Virus record (IMG/VR): IMGVR_UViG_3300031519_000101
Coordinates: 1-34,703 of that record
Direction: 5' to 3' (one strand)
Length of the DNA: 34,703 nt
Source: a virus
Taxonomy: Duplodnaviria; Caudoviricetes
The notes under the pieces are model-generated. The model worked only from the letters and a program-made list of their open reading frames with translations. It did not search any database and had not been told where the DNA came from. Made by a program: the position numbers and the translations under genes. This document shows positions 10,697 to 18,657 of the stretch, one piece after another. Each line of letters begins with the position of its first letter. Within the stretch, counting starts at the first letter, position 1.

Positions 10697-11085
10697 GATT
10701 AGCTGCGCTCTTGTGTATTCTATCTAGCTCTGCCCTTGCTGAGAGTAGCTCACTTGCTTTGTCATTGCCTAGCCCACCTTTAAACTATCAATCAGATAGT
10801 TTCTCTGCAAATAATTTGCGCTGCAGTAATGCGGTAGGTGGTGGAGTTAACCTTGAGTATGGGATTACAGGTGTGTTGTCTGGATTAAACACAATGAGTG
10901 TAGGTAAAGACATAGGTGTCTATGCTCGTATAGTTATACCGCTAGACAAACCTAAGTCTCGTATTAATTGTGATGACCTATACCAAGTGGAGCTGGCTCA
11001 ACGTAGGTTGGAGATACAAAAGCTGCGTGATGAACTGGAAGCACTAAAGAATTTATCTAGTGATAGCATGGACTTTGAAAACTGA
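10693..11085 (+). CDS. Exported protein 5: signal peptide, Cys-bracketed amphipathic beta-hairpin, C-terminal coiled coil
   Basis: MRLAALLCILSSSALA|ES; C...VNLEYGITGV...DIGVYARIVIPL...C; LEIQKLRDELEALK; ATGA overlap with the previous gene. Confidence 0.7.
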   Translation: MRLAALLCILSSSALAESSSLALSLPSPPLNYQSDSFSANNLRCSNAVGGGVNLEYGITGVLSGLNTMSVGKDIGVYARIVIPLDKPKSRINCDDLYQVELAQRRLEIQKLRDELEALKNLSSDSMDFEN

Positions 11086-11564
11086 TGGTAGATCTTACAG
11101 AATTTGATAGCCTTGCCGACAAGCAGATCAAAGCTGGTGGTGTTAAGATGTCTTTTGCATCTGTGCTTGCTATCATTACCTTTGTATCTACTGTGGTTGC
11201 TGGCTTGTATGGTGGGTTTGTTATGTATCAGAAGATAGAAGAGGTAGCTGGTTTAGATCTTGGTGAGTACCAGCAGCAGATGGATGTGATGGATGCCAAG
11301 GTGCAGCAGTCAGTTGAGTACACTCGTGATATTAAAAATGGATTGCGTGATGATCTGCTTAGAGTAGAGCAGCAGACAGATAGAATTGAAACGATGGTGC
11401 GTAAGTCAGAAGATAAAGTACGCACTATGATTGATGCAGCAGATCTTAGATTCGAATCGCAACGTGAACGATTGCGATCAAATCAAGATGCTGAGATGAA
11501 AGATCTTGAGAGTAAGTTGATGGGTAAATTGCAGAGGGCATTGGATAATCCTCTGTCTGATTAG
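11085..11564 (+). CDS. Single-pass membrane protein with a long coiled coil
   Basis: TM segment FASVLAIITFVSTVVAGLYGGFVMY followed by a charged heptad region; TGATG coupling. Confidence 0.7.
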   Translation: MVDLTEFDSLADKQIKAGGVKMSFASVLAIITFVSTVVAGLYGGFVMYQKIEEVAGLDLGEYQQQMDVMDAKVQQSVEYTRDIKNGLRDDLLRVEQQTDRIETMVRKSEDKVRTMIDAADLRFESQRERLRSNQDAEMKDLESKLMGKLQRALDNPLSD

Positions 11565-11573
11565 GAGATAACT

Positions 11574-11906
11574 ATGGATGAGTTTAAAAAATTTGATGTC
11601 AATGGTGATGGCAGCATAGATAAGGCAGAGTGGGATGCGCTTGAGTACGAGGATCGTAAGCGTAGGCTAGAGGATGAAGACGCACAGCGTGACGCACAAC
11701 GCAGGATGACATGGTTCGCCCTGTCAGGGATGCTCCTGTACCCCTTAGCGGTGGTGCTAGCAAATGTATTAAGCTTAGATCAAGCAGCTAACATACTAGG
11801 TAGCATGGCTAGTGTATATTTTGTATCCGTAGCTGGGATAGTAGCGGCGTTCTTTGGTGCAACAGCATTAGCGAAAGGCAGAAGCAATGATGAATCTAGT
11901 AGGTAA
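11574..11906 (+). CDS. EF-hand-containing two-TM membrane protein (holin/antiholin-like)
   Basis: AGGAG RBS; DVNGDGSIDKAE canonical EF-hand loop; two hydrophobic helices. Confidence 0.7.
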   Translation: MDEFKKFDVNGDGSIDKAEWDALEYEDRKRRLEDEDAQRDAQRRMTWFALSGMLLYPLAVVLANVLSLDQAANILGSMASVYFVSVAGIVAAFFGATALAKGRSNDESSR

Positions 11907-12291
11907 TTTAATAGGGCCTGTTACTGGCCTGTTAGATAAAGTAATTGAAGACAAAGATCAGAAGGCAAAGCTTGCACATGAGATAGCAACGATGTCAGAC
12001 AACCATGCGCAACAAGCATTGATGGGACAGCTGGAAATAAACAAAGCTGAAGCAGCATCAGGTTCTTTATTCAAGGGTGGATGGCGTCCCTTCATAGGTT
12101 GGGTATGTGGTGTGGCTTTTGCTTATCACTTTGTATTACAGCCATTGATTGTATTCGGTGTAAGTGCCGCTGGTGTTGACATACCAGAGCTACCAGAGTT
12201 TGATATGGGTAGTCTTATGACTGTTATGATGGGGATGCTTGGTCTAGGTGGTCTGAGATCTGTAGAAAAAATTAAGAAGGTAGAGAAATAA
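11887..12291 (+). CDS. Holin (GTA 3TM holin / DUF3154-like)
   Basis: GWRPFIGWVCG and LGLGGLRS.EK motifs; directly upstream of the endolysin. Confidence 0.8.
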   Translation: MMNLVGNLIGPVTGLLDKVIEDKDQKAKLAHEIATMSDNHAQQALMGQLEINKAEAASGSLFKGGWRPFIGWVCGVAFAYHFVLQPLIVFGVSAAGVDIPELPEFDMGSLMTVMMGMLGLGGLRSVEKIKKVEK

Positions 12292-12914
12292 TGAGTGAAG
12301 CAATGAAGATACTTCAAGATCGTATCGGTGTAGTAGCTGATGGGAACTTTGGCCCGAACACAGCGAGATCTATTGTTAAGCACTATGGTTTGAATCGCAA
12401 GCGCGGCGCACATCTGTTAGGTCAGGCAGCACATGAGTCAGGTATGTTTCGTTTAACGAGAGAGAACCTTAACTATTCTGGTGAGTCTATGATGCGTGTG
12501 TGGCCTACAAGATTCCCAACTTTGGAATCAACTGTACCTTACGCTCGTAATCCAGAGGCACTAGCTAACAAGGTGTACTCTAATCGCATGGGCAATGGAG
12601 AAAATGAGGGGGCGCTTTGGGTGGGCCGCGGCTTCATCCAGTTAACAGGCAAGGCAAACTATAGATCCTTTGCTAGTGACATGGGACTGCCTGATATTAT
12701 GACTGACCCTGATCTTGTTGCAACTGAGTATGCATTTGAATCTGCACTATGGTTCTTTGAATCAAATGGTTTGTTTGAAATGGCTGATGATGGTATCAAT
12801 GATACAGTTATTACCAGCATAACCAAGCGTGTTAATGGTGGGACGCATGGCCTTGATGATCGTATGCAGCAGACTAAGAAGATACATTCTTGGATTGCAC
12901 ATGTTGGTGCATAG
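12291..12914 (+). CDS. Endolysin, glycoside hydrolase family 19, with a short N-terminal peptidoglycan-binding motif
   Basis: LQ..IGV.ADG.FGP.T; LGQAAHES; ENLNYS; GRGFIQLTGK.NY; ITKRVNGG..GL.DR. Confidence 0.9.
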   Translation: MSEAMKILQDRIGVVADGNFGPNTARSIVKHYGLNRKRGAHLLGQAAHESGMFRLTRENLNYSGESMMRVWPTRFPTLESTVPYARNPEALANKVYSNRMGNGENEGALWVGRGFIQLTGKANYRSFASDMGLPDIMTDPDLVATEYAFESALWFFESNGLFEMADDGINDTVITSITKRVNGGTHGLDDRMQQTKKIHSWIAHVGA

Positions 12915-12936
12915 GTATATAGATTTCTAGCGGAGC

Positions 12937-13377
12937 TTAATGCTCCGCACGAAGCATGTCTGCTATCCTTGGATGGCTAGAAAATTTAGCACTAAATCCT
13001 GGTAAGGGTGGTCGTTTATTTTTTGCAGCCTGTGTTAATTCAAACTCATGTATAACAAAGCCGTATGTTATTTCCTTACGTTCCTTTGCAGTCTTTGCTT
13101 CCTTTAATATAGATTTGTATTGGTCATATCTATTGCGCTGTACTGTAGACTTATAGATAAGTTCCTTCTGTTCAAACTCTTGGTCTGTTCTATTTTTAAA
13201 TGCGCGTTGCGCCCCTGTTGTATAACCTGTTGTGAATTTTACTTTGTATTTTTCAACAGCTATTCTAATTGCATGGCGCGGTATGCCATAAAGTCTGTTG
13301 GCTTGTGCCTTAGTCATTCCATTATCTGCATAGAATTTTATTCTATGAATCAACTCTTCTGTTATTGGTACAGTCAT
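12937..13377 (-). CDS. Hypothetical basic protein with a possible N-terminal HTH
   Basis: AAGGAAG RBS; GMTKAQANRLYGIPRHAI resembles an HTH; last gene of the leftward block. Confidence 0.6.
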   Translation of the reverse strand: MTVPITEELIHRIKFYADNGMTKAQANRLYGIPRHAIRIAVEKYKVKFTTGYTTGAQRAFKNRTDQEFEQKELIYKSTVQRNRYDQYKSILKEAKTAKERKEITYGFVIHEFELTQAAKNKRPPLPGFSAKFSSHPRIADMLRAEH

Positions 13378-13393
13378 AACTCTTCCTTGTGTT

Positions 13394-13416
13394 AGGGCGA
13401 ACCGAAGCCCGCCCCT
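13394..13416 (-). terminator. GC-rich hairpin with a cUUCGg loop after the SSB gene
   Basis: Minus strand reads GGGCGGGC-TTCG-GTTCGCCC just after the SSB stop. The U-tail is weak. Confidence 0.55.
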
Positions 13417-13421
13417 TATTA

Positions 13422-13817
13422 TTAAAACGGTATAGCATCATCGCTAATGTCAAGGTGTGCGGTGCTAACTTGCTGCGCTTGTTGCTGACCGCCATGCTTC
13501 TGGCTGATCTGCATAGAAAGATAGTTGTTATCTTCTTTCTGTTTCTTCCAGCCAGCTATCTGCATCTGTGTTTGTGCAGCGTAGTCTTCCATTGGCCCAG
13601 AATAATCTGGTGCGTTGTCGTTGCCACGCTTGTCGTTCTCAAACAACACGCCAACCTTTTGATAAACCTCAATGATCTTCATGCCACTCTTGGTTGTATC
13701 TGCTACGAGTACGACCTTACGATCGTTACCCTCTAGGTTTATCTTGCCTTGCAATATCATCTTCATGGTATCGAAAGGTTTAAATGCTGCGCCTGTATTC
13801 GTGTTATCATATGCCAT
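13422..13817 (-). CDS. Single-stranded DNA-binding protein (DUF736-like phage SSB)
   Basis: VGVLFENDKRGNDNAPDYSG, IAGWKK, and acidic tail DDAIPF; AGGAG RBS; next to recombination genes. Confidence 0.75.
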   Translation of the reverse strand: MAYDNTNTGAAFKPFDTMKMILQGKINLEGNDRKVVLVADTTKSGMKIIEVYQKVGVLFENDKRGNDNAPDYSGPMEDYAAQTQMQIAGWKKQKEDNNYLSMQISQKHGGQQQAQQVSTAHLDISDDAIPF

Positions 13818-13830
13818 GCTTCTGGCTCCT

Positions 13831-14004
13831 TTATAAATTGTATTTTTCTAATGTCTTGTGCGCAGCAGAAATTTTGCGCACAAGTTCGTCTATAGTTTTT
13901 TGTTGTGTCTTCTCCCTTTCTTTATCTGTTGGGTACGTTACACCCATAGCTAACAACAAACACCTTGCATCCATTAAGGATATTTTTATACCAACTCTAG
14001 GCAT
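13831..14004 (-). CDS. Small hypothetical protein (57 aa, not in the ORF track)
   Basis: MPRVGIKISLMDARCLLLAMG...LEKYNL; its start overlaps the upstream stop (TAATG) and it fills the gap. Confidence 0.6.
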   Translation of the reverse strand: MPRVGIKISLMDARCLLLAMGVTYPTDKEREKTQQKTIDELVRKISAAHKTLEKYNL

Positions 14005-14456
14005 TACCAACTACTACCAGCTGATTTAATACCAGTGTCAGCTGCATATTTGTTGCCATCCATCTCGCCAAGGAACACGTCAGCGTTACATCCGAGATGT
14101 GATAAGGCTTTGGTTAGGCCATCAGTGACAGCCATCTTAGGTGCATCCTCGGCTAGTCTGCCTTTGGTTGCATCGAAGAACTTACGACACCCAGTAAATG
14201 GGCCGTACATATATTCTTTTGAGTGATGCCAAACAGATACATGTGCTAATATACTAGCGTCACCATTGCTAAGTTGCACTATTTCTGTTGTGCTATTCCA
14301 GCCCCAGCCTTCACCGACTGGCCCGAACTGCTCTGTCATCATGCGTACTTGATACTGTGGATCAATAGCTGTGAAGCTACGTGATCCGAAGCTAACCTTC
14401 TTCAGATACTTGGGGTCTGACTTGGCTAGCTTGTTCCATAAATTTAGATTGTCCAT
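14004..14456 (-). CDS. Rad52/Sak-like single-strand annealing protein
   Basis: FTAIDPQYQVRMMTEQFGPVGEGWG and EDAPKMAVTDGLTKALSHLG..AD; lies between exonuclease and SSB. Confidence 0.7.
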   Translation of the reverse strand: MDNLNLWNKLAKSDPKYLKKVSFGSRSFTAIDPQYQVRMMTEQFGPVGEGWGWNSTTEIVQLSNGDASILAHVSVWHHSKEYMYGPFTGCRKFFDATKGRLAEDAPKMAVTDGLTKALSHLGCNADVFLGEMDGNKYAADTGIKSAGSSW

Positions 14457-15235
14457 TACTTGCTCCTCTTGCTGATGCGTAATGCGCCACGTTTATCACG
14501 GCGTATGGTTAATAATTCTGAGTATACCTCACGTTCATTGTCGGCAACTATAGCCTTGAGATCTTTCTTCGCCGACTCAAATGACTTAGCTGCAGGTTCA
14601 AACTCTATGTATTCTTGTGCTAAATATGTGAAGTGATTGTCTGCACTTGCGTCACGTTTAATCATATCGTCTATAGGTATCTGATTAATAGGTGATGCTA
14701 TTGGTTGGTCGTGACCAATGGGTTCATCGCCACTCTCGACGTGCGCCCAGAAATCTGTGCAAGCATCAAGCACTACACCTATGTATGAGTCATGCTTGTT
14801 AATGTAAGCACATTCCCATCTGTTGTTGCCAAAGAATACTGACATGTATGCACCATCCATATTAGATAGCCATAAGTATAGTTGTACCTGTGCCATATAG
14901 TAGTCACATACCTTATCGAGTGTATTGTGTGCGAAGGTATGCTTGGCTTCAACGATGTCGTTGGTATCCTCAAGCACACCATCAAGTGTACCTACATACG
15001 GCACGCCATTGTATGTGCGCGTGTACTTGTCTTGCTTCTCTAATATTTTTTTGCTGTACTCTTTCTCAAACCAACCGAGGTTCATGTCCTCTGTTTGTAT
15101 GCCCATCTGTACTGCTACTTTATGTGACAAATCCTCTGGCTCAATGATGCCACGTTTGATTTGCCATAGCTCGTACCAGTTGCCGTTCATTATTTTGACA
15201 GCATCACTGCCACCTATAAAACCTTTGCGTTCCAT
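14456..15235 (-). CDS. YqaJ / lambda-exonuclease family nuclease
   Basis: RKGFIGGSD, LW..K.G, TLDG, VEAK and YMAQVQLYL motifs; AGGAG RBS. Confidence 0.9.
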   Translation of the reverse strand: MERKGFIGGSDAVKIMNGNWYELWQIKRGIIEPEDLSHKVAVQMGIQTEDMNLGWFEKEYSKKILEKQDKYTRTYNGVPYVGTLDGVLEDTNDIVEAKHTFAHNTLDKVCDYYMAQVQLYLWLSNMDGAYMSVFFGNNRWECAYINKHDSYIGVVLDACTDFWAHVESGDEPIGHDQPIASPINQIPIDDMIKRDASADNHFTYLAQEYIEFEPAAKSFESAKKDLKAIVADNEREVYSELLTIRRDKRGALRISKRSK

Positions 15236-15262
15236 TTTTATTCTCCTCTTATATGTACTTGT

Positions 15263-15282
15263 CTACTGCATTGGTGCAGTAG
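15263..15282. promoter_or_regulatory. Palindrome CTACTGCA-N4-TGCAGTAG in the spacer of a candidate leftward promoter for the recombination genes
   Basis: Perfect 8-bp inverted repeat; the minus strand reads TTGATC-17-TAGACA across it. Confidence 0.45.
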
Positions 15283-15748
15283 GATCAAGATATTTATTGA
15301 AGTCAGACTCGACAAGATCTGTGTCAAGCAGCAGTCGTTGTCGATAGATAGAGTCAGGGCTGAGTATCCAATCTGGTATTGCGCCGCCAGATTTGATTCG
15401 CTTGACCATGAGTATTGCTGTGTCGAACTTGCTCTGTGATGTTACCTTCAAGCTCTCTGTATTGCGAGAGTATTCTTCGACAGCTGTCTTCGTCGACATG
15501 ACAAACGTCTTGATTGTTGGCCACGTACGAGAAGCTTGATACTGTCGGACGTGACCATCGGTCTTTTTTAGCACGACCTCTAGGTCTATCTTCTCAAAGT
15601 TTGATGGTATATTATTGTTGATGTCCTCGACAATAAGCTGCAGCTCTTGACCGAGTGTGTCACGATCCATGCTAGATGGTGGTGAGTAGCGTTTTAAGAT
15701 ACCCTGTAGCCAGCTACCTATCATTGATGTGCGTTGGTTGTAATCCAT
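15263..15748 (-). CDS. Hypothetical protein downstream of the initiator (possible helicase loader by position)
   Basis: AAGGAG RBS; contains RTWPTIK; occupies the lambda P position. Confidence 0.6.
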   Translation of the reverse strand: MDYNQRTSMIGSWLQGILKRYSPPSSMDRDTLGQELQLIVEDINNNIPSNFEKIDLEVVLKKTDGHVRQYQASRTWPTIKTFVMSTKTAVEEYSRNTESLKVTSQSKFDTAILMVKRIKSGGAIPDWILSPDSIYRQRLLLDTDLVESDFNKYLDPTAPMQ

Positions 15749-15751
15749 ATG

Positions 15752-16423
15752 TTACTCCTTATCTATGGCTAATTTTTTTTGTGACATGTCATTGATGATG
15801 TCGTCTAAAAAATCTGTGTTGGTTCTGTTGCTTGGCGCAACGTCCTCGATGTCATCCTCCCATCGCTCGCCGTTGAGCCATGTCGTAGGGTGAGGGATGA
15901 ACTGTTTGTCTGTGCCTTGAGTGGCATCAGCAAATTTTTTAACGGCAGTAAGAATTGCAATAGGATCTGCAATCTTACATGCCTTATCAAATGCCTTGCG
16001 AGCATGACCCTTTGCTATCTTGCGAGGGTATGCTGACCAGAAGGCATCGAAGGGGAGTGTCTGTGTGACACCCCAAGTAGTATTACTATTACTATTAATA
16101 TCTATTACATTAGATATAACTTGGGGTGTCTGTGTGACACGGGTATCTTTCATATCATCCTCCATTAAATGTTTGAATCTATACACACTGGCTACACCAG
16201 TACGTCCAGATCTTCTTGTTAAGTAATCGTTATCTATGCACCAGTTGATAGCACGTATGACTGTGCTTCTACTCAAGCCAGTTGTCTTGACTAAAGTTGG
16301 TATGCTTGGGAAGCACTCGCCATTTAAATCTGTATATCTAGCTAGCACAATCAAAATATATTTTGCATTAGGATTGTTTACTTGCCAATCAATTACATCT
16401 CGTAGTAATATGTCCGCGTACAT
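15752..16423 (-). CDS. Replication initiator (N-terminal winged HTH; lambda O/DnaD-like organiser)
   Basis: AKYILIVLA...GECFPSI.TL...TGLSRSTV.RAI; FDAFWSAYPRK.AK..A.KAF; FIPHPTTWLNGERWED; internal repeats. Confidence 0.85.
   Translation of the reverse strand: MYADILLRDVIDWQVNNPNAKYILIVLARYTDLNGECFPSIPTLVKTTGLSRSTVIRAINWCIDNDYLTRRSGRTGVASVYRFKHLMEDDMKDTRVTQTPQVISNVIDINSNSNTTWGVTQTLPFDAFWSAYPRKIAKGHARKAFDKACKIADPIAILTAVKKFADATQGTDKQFIPHPTTWLNGERWEDDIEDVAPSNRTNTDFLDDIINDMSQKKLAIDKE
16057..16140. repeat. Putative replication origin: two GTGTCTGTGTGACAC iterons flanking an AT-rich core
   Basis: Identical 15-mers at 16057-16071 and 16126-16140; 12-bp inverted repeat at 16067-16078/16119-16130; located inside the initiator gene. 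Confidence 0.7.
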
Positions 16424-16462
16424 TAGGTCTTTCCATTTCTTAATGTCCTCTTACCTGATAAG

Positions 16463-16492
16463 CCTCTAGTATAGTCGCCGTTATACTAGAGG
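16463..16492 (-). terminator. 11-bp perfect hairpin upstream of the initiator gene (terminator, attenuator or processing site)
   Basis: CCTCTAGTATA-N8-TATACTAGAGG. Confidence 0.45.
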
Positions 16493-16689
16493 TTTACTTT
16501 TGTGTAGCAAGCAACAGACTTGCCGCTGTCTACACTAACCATTTCTTTCATAAAAGGATAGCCACTTTCTTTTAGTTCATGCATCCTTGATGCTAGCCTA
16601 AAGCATTTGAATAAGTCTAATGCTTCTAGTGCTGTGATTGAATTGCCTTTATCAAGGTGTGCTTTAATCATCGCCGTTTGATTTTCCAT
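16486..16689 (-). CDS. Small winged helix-turn-helix protein
   Basis: HL..G.SITALEAL.LF.CFRLASR..EL...GY pattern; AGGAG RBS. Confidence 0.8.
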   Translation of the reverse strand: MENQTAMIKAHLDKGNSITALEALDLFKCFRLASRMHELKESGYPFMKEMVSVDSGKSVACYTKVNL

Positions 16690-17005
16690 TTGTATCTCCT
16701 AGTAAGTGTTCAAATAATTCCGCTGGCATAATGACCAGGGACTGAGGTTTGCCTGTCTTTCTTTTATAGAAGGCTATGTCCCTGCCATCCAGCACAGTGA
16801 ATGGACTAGGGAAATTAGATTTGTCTCGGTACTTTACTTCAGCTACCAGCTTTCGTCCGCCCAATGTGATGTGGATGTCACCACTCCACTCACCTCCGAG
16901 CGCACCTGAGAGGGGGACTCTGTAGTTTTCGATACCGATTTGGTCGAGCCACTCACAGAATCTTTTCTCATGGTAGATTCCTTTAGACTTATTTTTGTTT
17001 GCCAT
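16664..17005 (-). CDS. Holliday junction resolvase-like PD-(D/E)XK nuclease
   Basis: K.KG..HE, RVPLSGA, GDI and AEVKYR motifs; GAGGAGG RBS before the ATG at 17005. Confidence 0.8.
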   Translation of the reverse strand: MANKNKSKGIYHEKRFCEWLDQIGIENYRVPLSGALGGEWSGDIHITLGGRKLVAEVKYRDKSNFPSPFTVLDGRDIAFYKRKTGKPQSLVIMPAELFEHLLGDTNGKSNGDD

Positions 17006-17163
17006 GTTTCCTCCTCGTAACAGGTCATACATATGGTATGGTACGTGGCTGGATTAGTTGTTGCCATAATTTGCACAAAGAATTCAGTGCGTTGATCGCA
17101 AGCATCACAAGGATATGTTACTTGATTCAATATCTTTCGTGCTGATTTCGATCTGACAGCCAA
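16843..17163 (-). CDS. Possible small zinc-finger protein (overlaps both neighbours)
   Basis: CDAC...CMTC falls in the gap between the HTH and resolvase genes. Start is uncertain and overlaps are long. Confidence 0.4.
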   Translation of the reverse strand: MAVRSKSARKILNQVTYPCDACDQRTEFFVQIMATTNPATYHTICMTCYEEETWQTKISLKESTMRKDSVSGSTKSVSKTTESPSQVRSEVSGVVTSTSHWADESW

Positions 17164-17374
17164 GTGCTTCTACCCAACAAGCGAACATGAAACCAGAGGG
17201 AACCCGCTTGTATTGCTCCCACTTGTGAATCAATGATGGCGTACAACCTATAGTAAATGCAAGACCTTCTTGTGATATACCTAATTGATTGCGTCTATCA
17301 ATCAGGCTTGTAATCATTTCATCATAAGATGTAGTGACATATGTATCACGCTTATAGTTTGGAAACTTTTGCAT
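17105..17374 (-). CDS. XRE-family HTH transcriptional regulator
   Basis: RRNQLGISQEGLAFTIGCTPSLIHKWEQYKRVPS. Confidence 0.85.
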   Translation of the reverse strand: MQKFPNYKRDTYVTTSYDEMITSLIDRRNQLGISQEGLAFTIGCTPSLIHKWEQYKRVPSGFMFACWVEALGCQIEISTKDIESSNISL

Positions 17375-17591
17375 TTAGTTTACGCTTATCCCTGCTTGTA
17401 GGGTACGCGCCTTCCATTAATTCCATTACTCTTATTATCTTTTTAGCTGTGTCATACCTAAGTTCAGTGCTGCCATTGAGTGTTCGGTAGTACGTGGACG
17501 TAGGTAGACCAGCCTTGATAAAGATCTTATGCAAAGGGATATTAAATCCCTTATGTTTTTCTTGTATGGTATGCCAATAACTTTGTATCAT
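17352..17591 (-). CDS. Cro/XRE-like HTH protein
   Basis: IFIKAGLPTSTYYRTLNGSTELRYDTAKKI. Confidence 0.7.
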   Translation of the reverse strand: MIQSYWHTIQEKHKGFNIPLHKIFIKAGLPTSTYYRTLNGSTELRYDTAKKIIRVMELMEGAYPTSRDKRKLNAKVSKL

Positions 17592-17608
17592 GCTGCGGTT
17601 ATGCAGCA
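17591..17608. promoter_or_regulatory. Palindrome TGCTGC-N6-GCAGCA immediately before the HTH gene start (operator-like)
   Basis: Fills the short intergenic gap and shares the CTGC-N6-GCAG core with 15266-15279. Confidence 0.5.
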
Positions 17609-17609
17609 A

Positions 17610-17798
17610 TCAATCAAGCCAGTCAAGTTCATCCATCTCAACGTACCCATTACCGCCGCAGTTATTACATTCTGTTAGTGGTATGTCATTGTTGAGGCTG
17701 GTATATGTTACTATACCAGTACCATCACACTCAGGGCAGTCATTAAATGCTGCTTCAATTTTAGAATCTGATCTCGTCATCGAGTTCTCCTTTGCCAT
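17610..17798 (-). CDS. DnaJ-type zinc-finger small protein
   Basis: CPECDGTG...CNNCGGNG; GGGAGG RBS before the ATG at 17798. Confidence 0.75.
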   Translation of the reverse strand: MAKENSMTRSDSKIEAAFNDCPECDGTGIVTYTSLNNDIPLTECNNCGGNGYVEMDELDWLD

Positions 17799-17988
17799 GA
17801 TTATCCTCCCATGCTTTGGTCGCACGATCAAGAAATCTTTTGCGTGCAAACTTAGGATTAGATTTCTCTAATGCATCAGCGATGTCAACTAGGTGAGAGG
17901 GCCAAGCAACCATTGGCCCCATCAGATCTGCTATAAATTCGTAGTGCTGCCGAGTCATCGGCGGTGTTTTAATTGGTACAATCGACAT
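17761..17988 (-). CDS. Hypothetical early protein
   Basis: MTRQHYEFIA...L...NPKF...RF..A pattern; overlapping operon arrangement. Confidence 0.7.
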   Translation of the reverse strand: MSIVPIKTPPMTRQHYEFIADLMGPMVAWPSHLVDIADALEKSNPKFARKRFLDRATKAWEDNHGKGELDDEIRF

Positions 17989-18151
17989 CTTGTACTGCCT
18001 CCCAAGCTAACGGTTTATCTTTATCAATATGGATAGATATAATATTATCTCTACCTTCCGTATCGGTGCATCGTAGCTGTATTACGTCAAAGGTTTTGTA
18101 ATTGCGTAGCTGTTGCTCGACTTTTACTATAGTGTGTATTGATAGTTGCAT
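17969..18151 (-). CDS. Hypothetical early protein
   Basis: AGGAG RBS; 60-aa ORF tiling the operon. Confidence 0.65.
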   Translation of the reverse strand: MQLSIHTIVKVEQQLRNYKTFDVIQLRCTDTEGRDNIISIHIDKDKPLAWEAVQDVDCTN

Positions 18152-18153
18152 TG

Positions 18154-18402
18154 TTATCTCCCTGTTGCTCTATCTTGGTACTCTGCTTTGCGACTAAGAA
18201 CGCCAGCATCATGCGTGTCGTTCCAATCTGTGCAGAAATCTATTGCCTCTTGCTCTGACAAGAAGGCATGCGTTTCACTTCCGAATTTATTCTTGAAGTA
18301 AAAATTCTTACGACCAGCGTGTGGTTCTAAACCATTAGGCCAATCGCTGTTCTTCTTCCACCATGTACGATGGAAGCACTCGTATACATCTACCTCAGTC
18401 AT
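18154..18402 (-). CDS. Hypothetical early protein
   Basis: GAGGAG RBS; ATGA overlap. Confidence 0.7.
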   Translation of the reverse strand: MTEVDVYECFHRTWWKKNSDWPNGLEPHAGRKNFYFKNKFGSETHAFLSEQEAIDFCTDWNDTHDAGVLSRKAEYQDRATGR

Positions 18403-18656
18403 GGGTAATACTCCTCTATTGTTTCATTGGGATACAAATCTAAGAATTGCTCCGCTACTTTATTCATAAACGCTTCACGTTGGTACGCATGATACAAGCT
18501 ACGCTCACCATCTTGATGCAATATTTCTTGCGCTAAGTTATGATCAATCATGTTTGCTACATCTTTAGTGCATGTATCCATAGTCAGTTTGATTACTTTG
18601 TATGGATACGCATCTGTTTGTTCACGCATGAATCTAATTAGTTGTGTGTGTTTCAT
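18399..18656 (-). CDS. Hypothetical early protein
   Basis: GAGGAG RBS before the ATG at 18656. Confidence 0.65.
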   Translation of the reverse strand: MKHTQLIRFMREQTDAYPYKVIKLTMDTCTKDVANMIDHNLAQEILHQDGERSLYHAYQREAFMNKVAEQFLDLYPNETIEEYYP

Positions 18657-18657
18657 G

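Noticed and set aside
15266-15279. LexA/SOS box
   Set aside because: CTGC-N6-GCAG differs from both the E. coli CTGT-N8-ACAG box and the alphaproteobacterial GTTC-N7-GTTC box.
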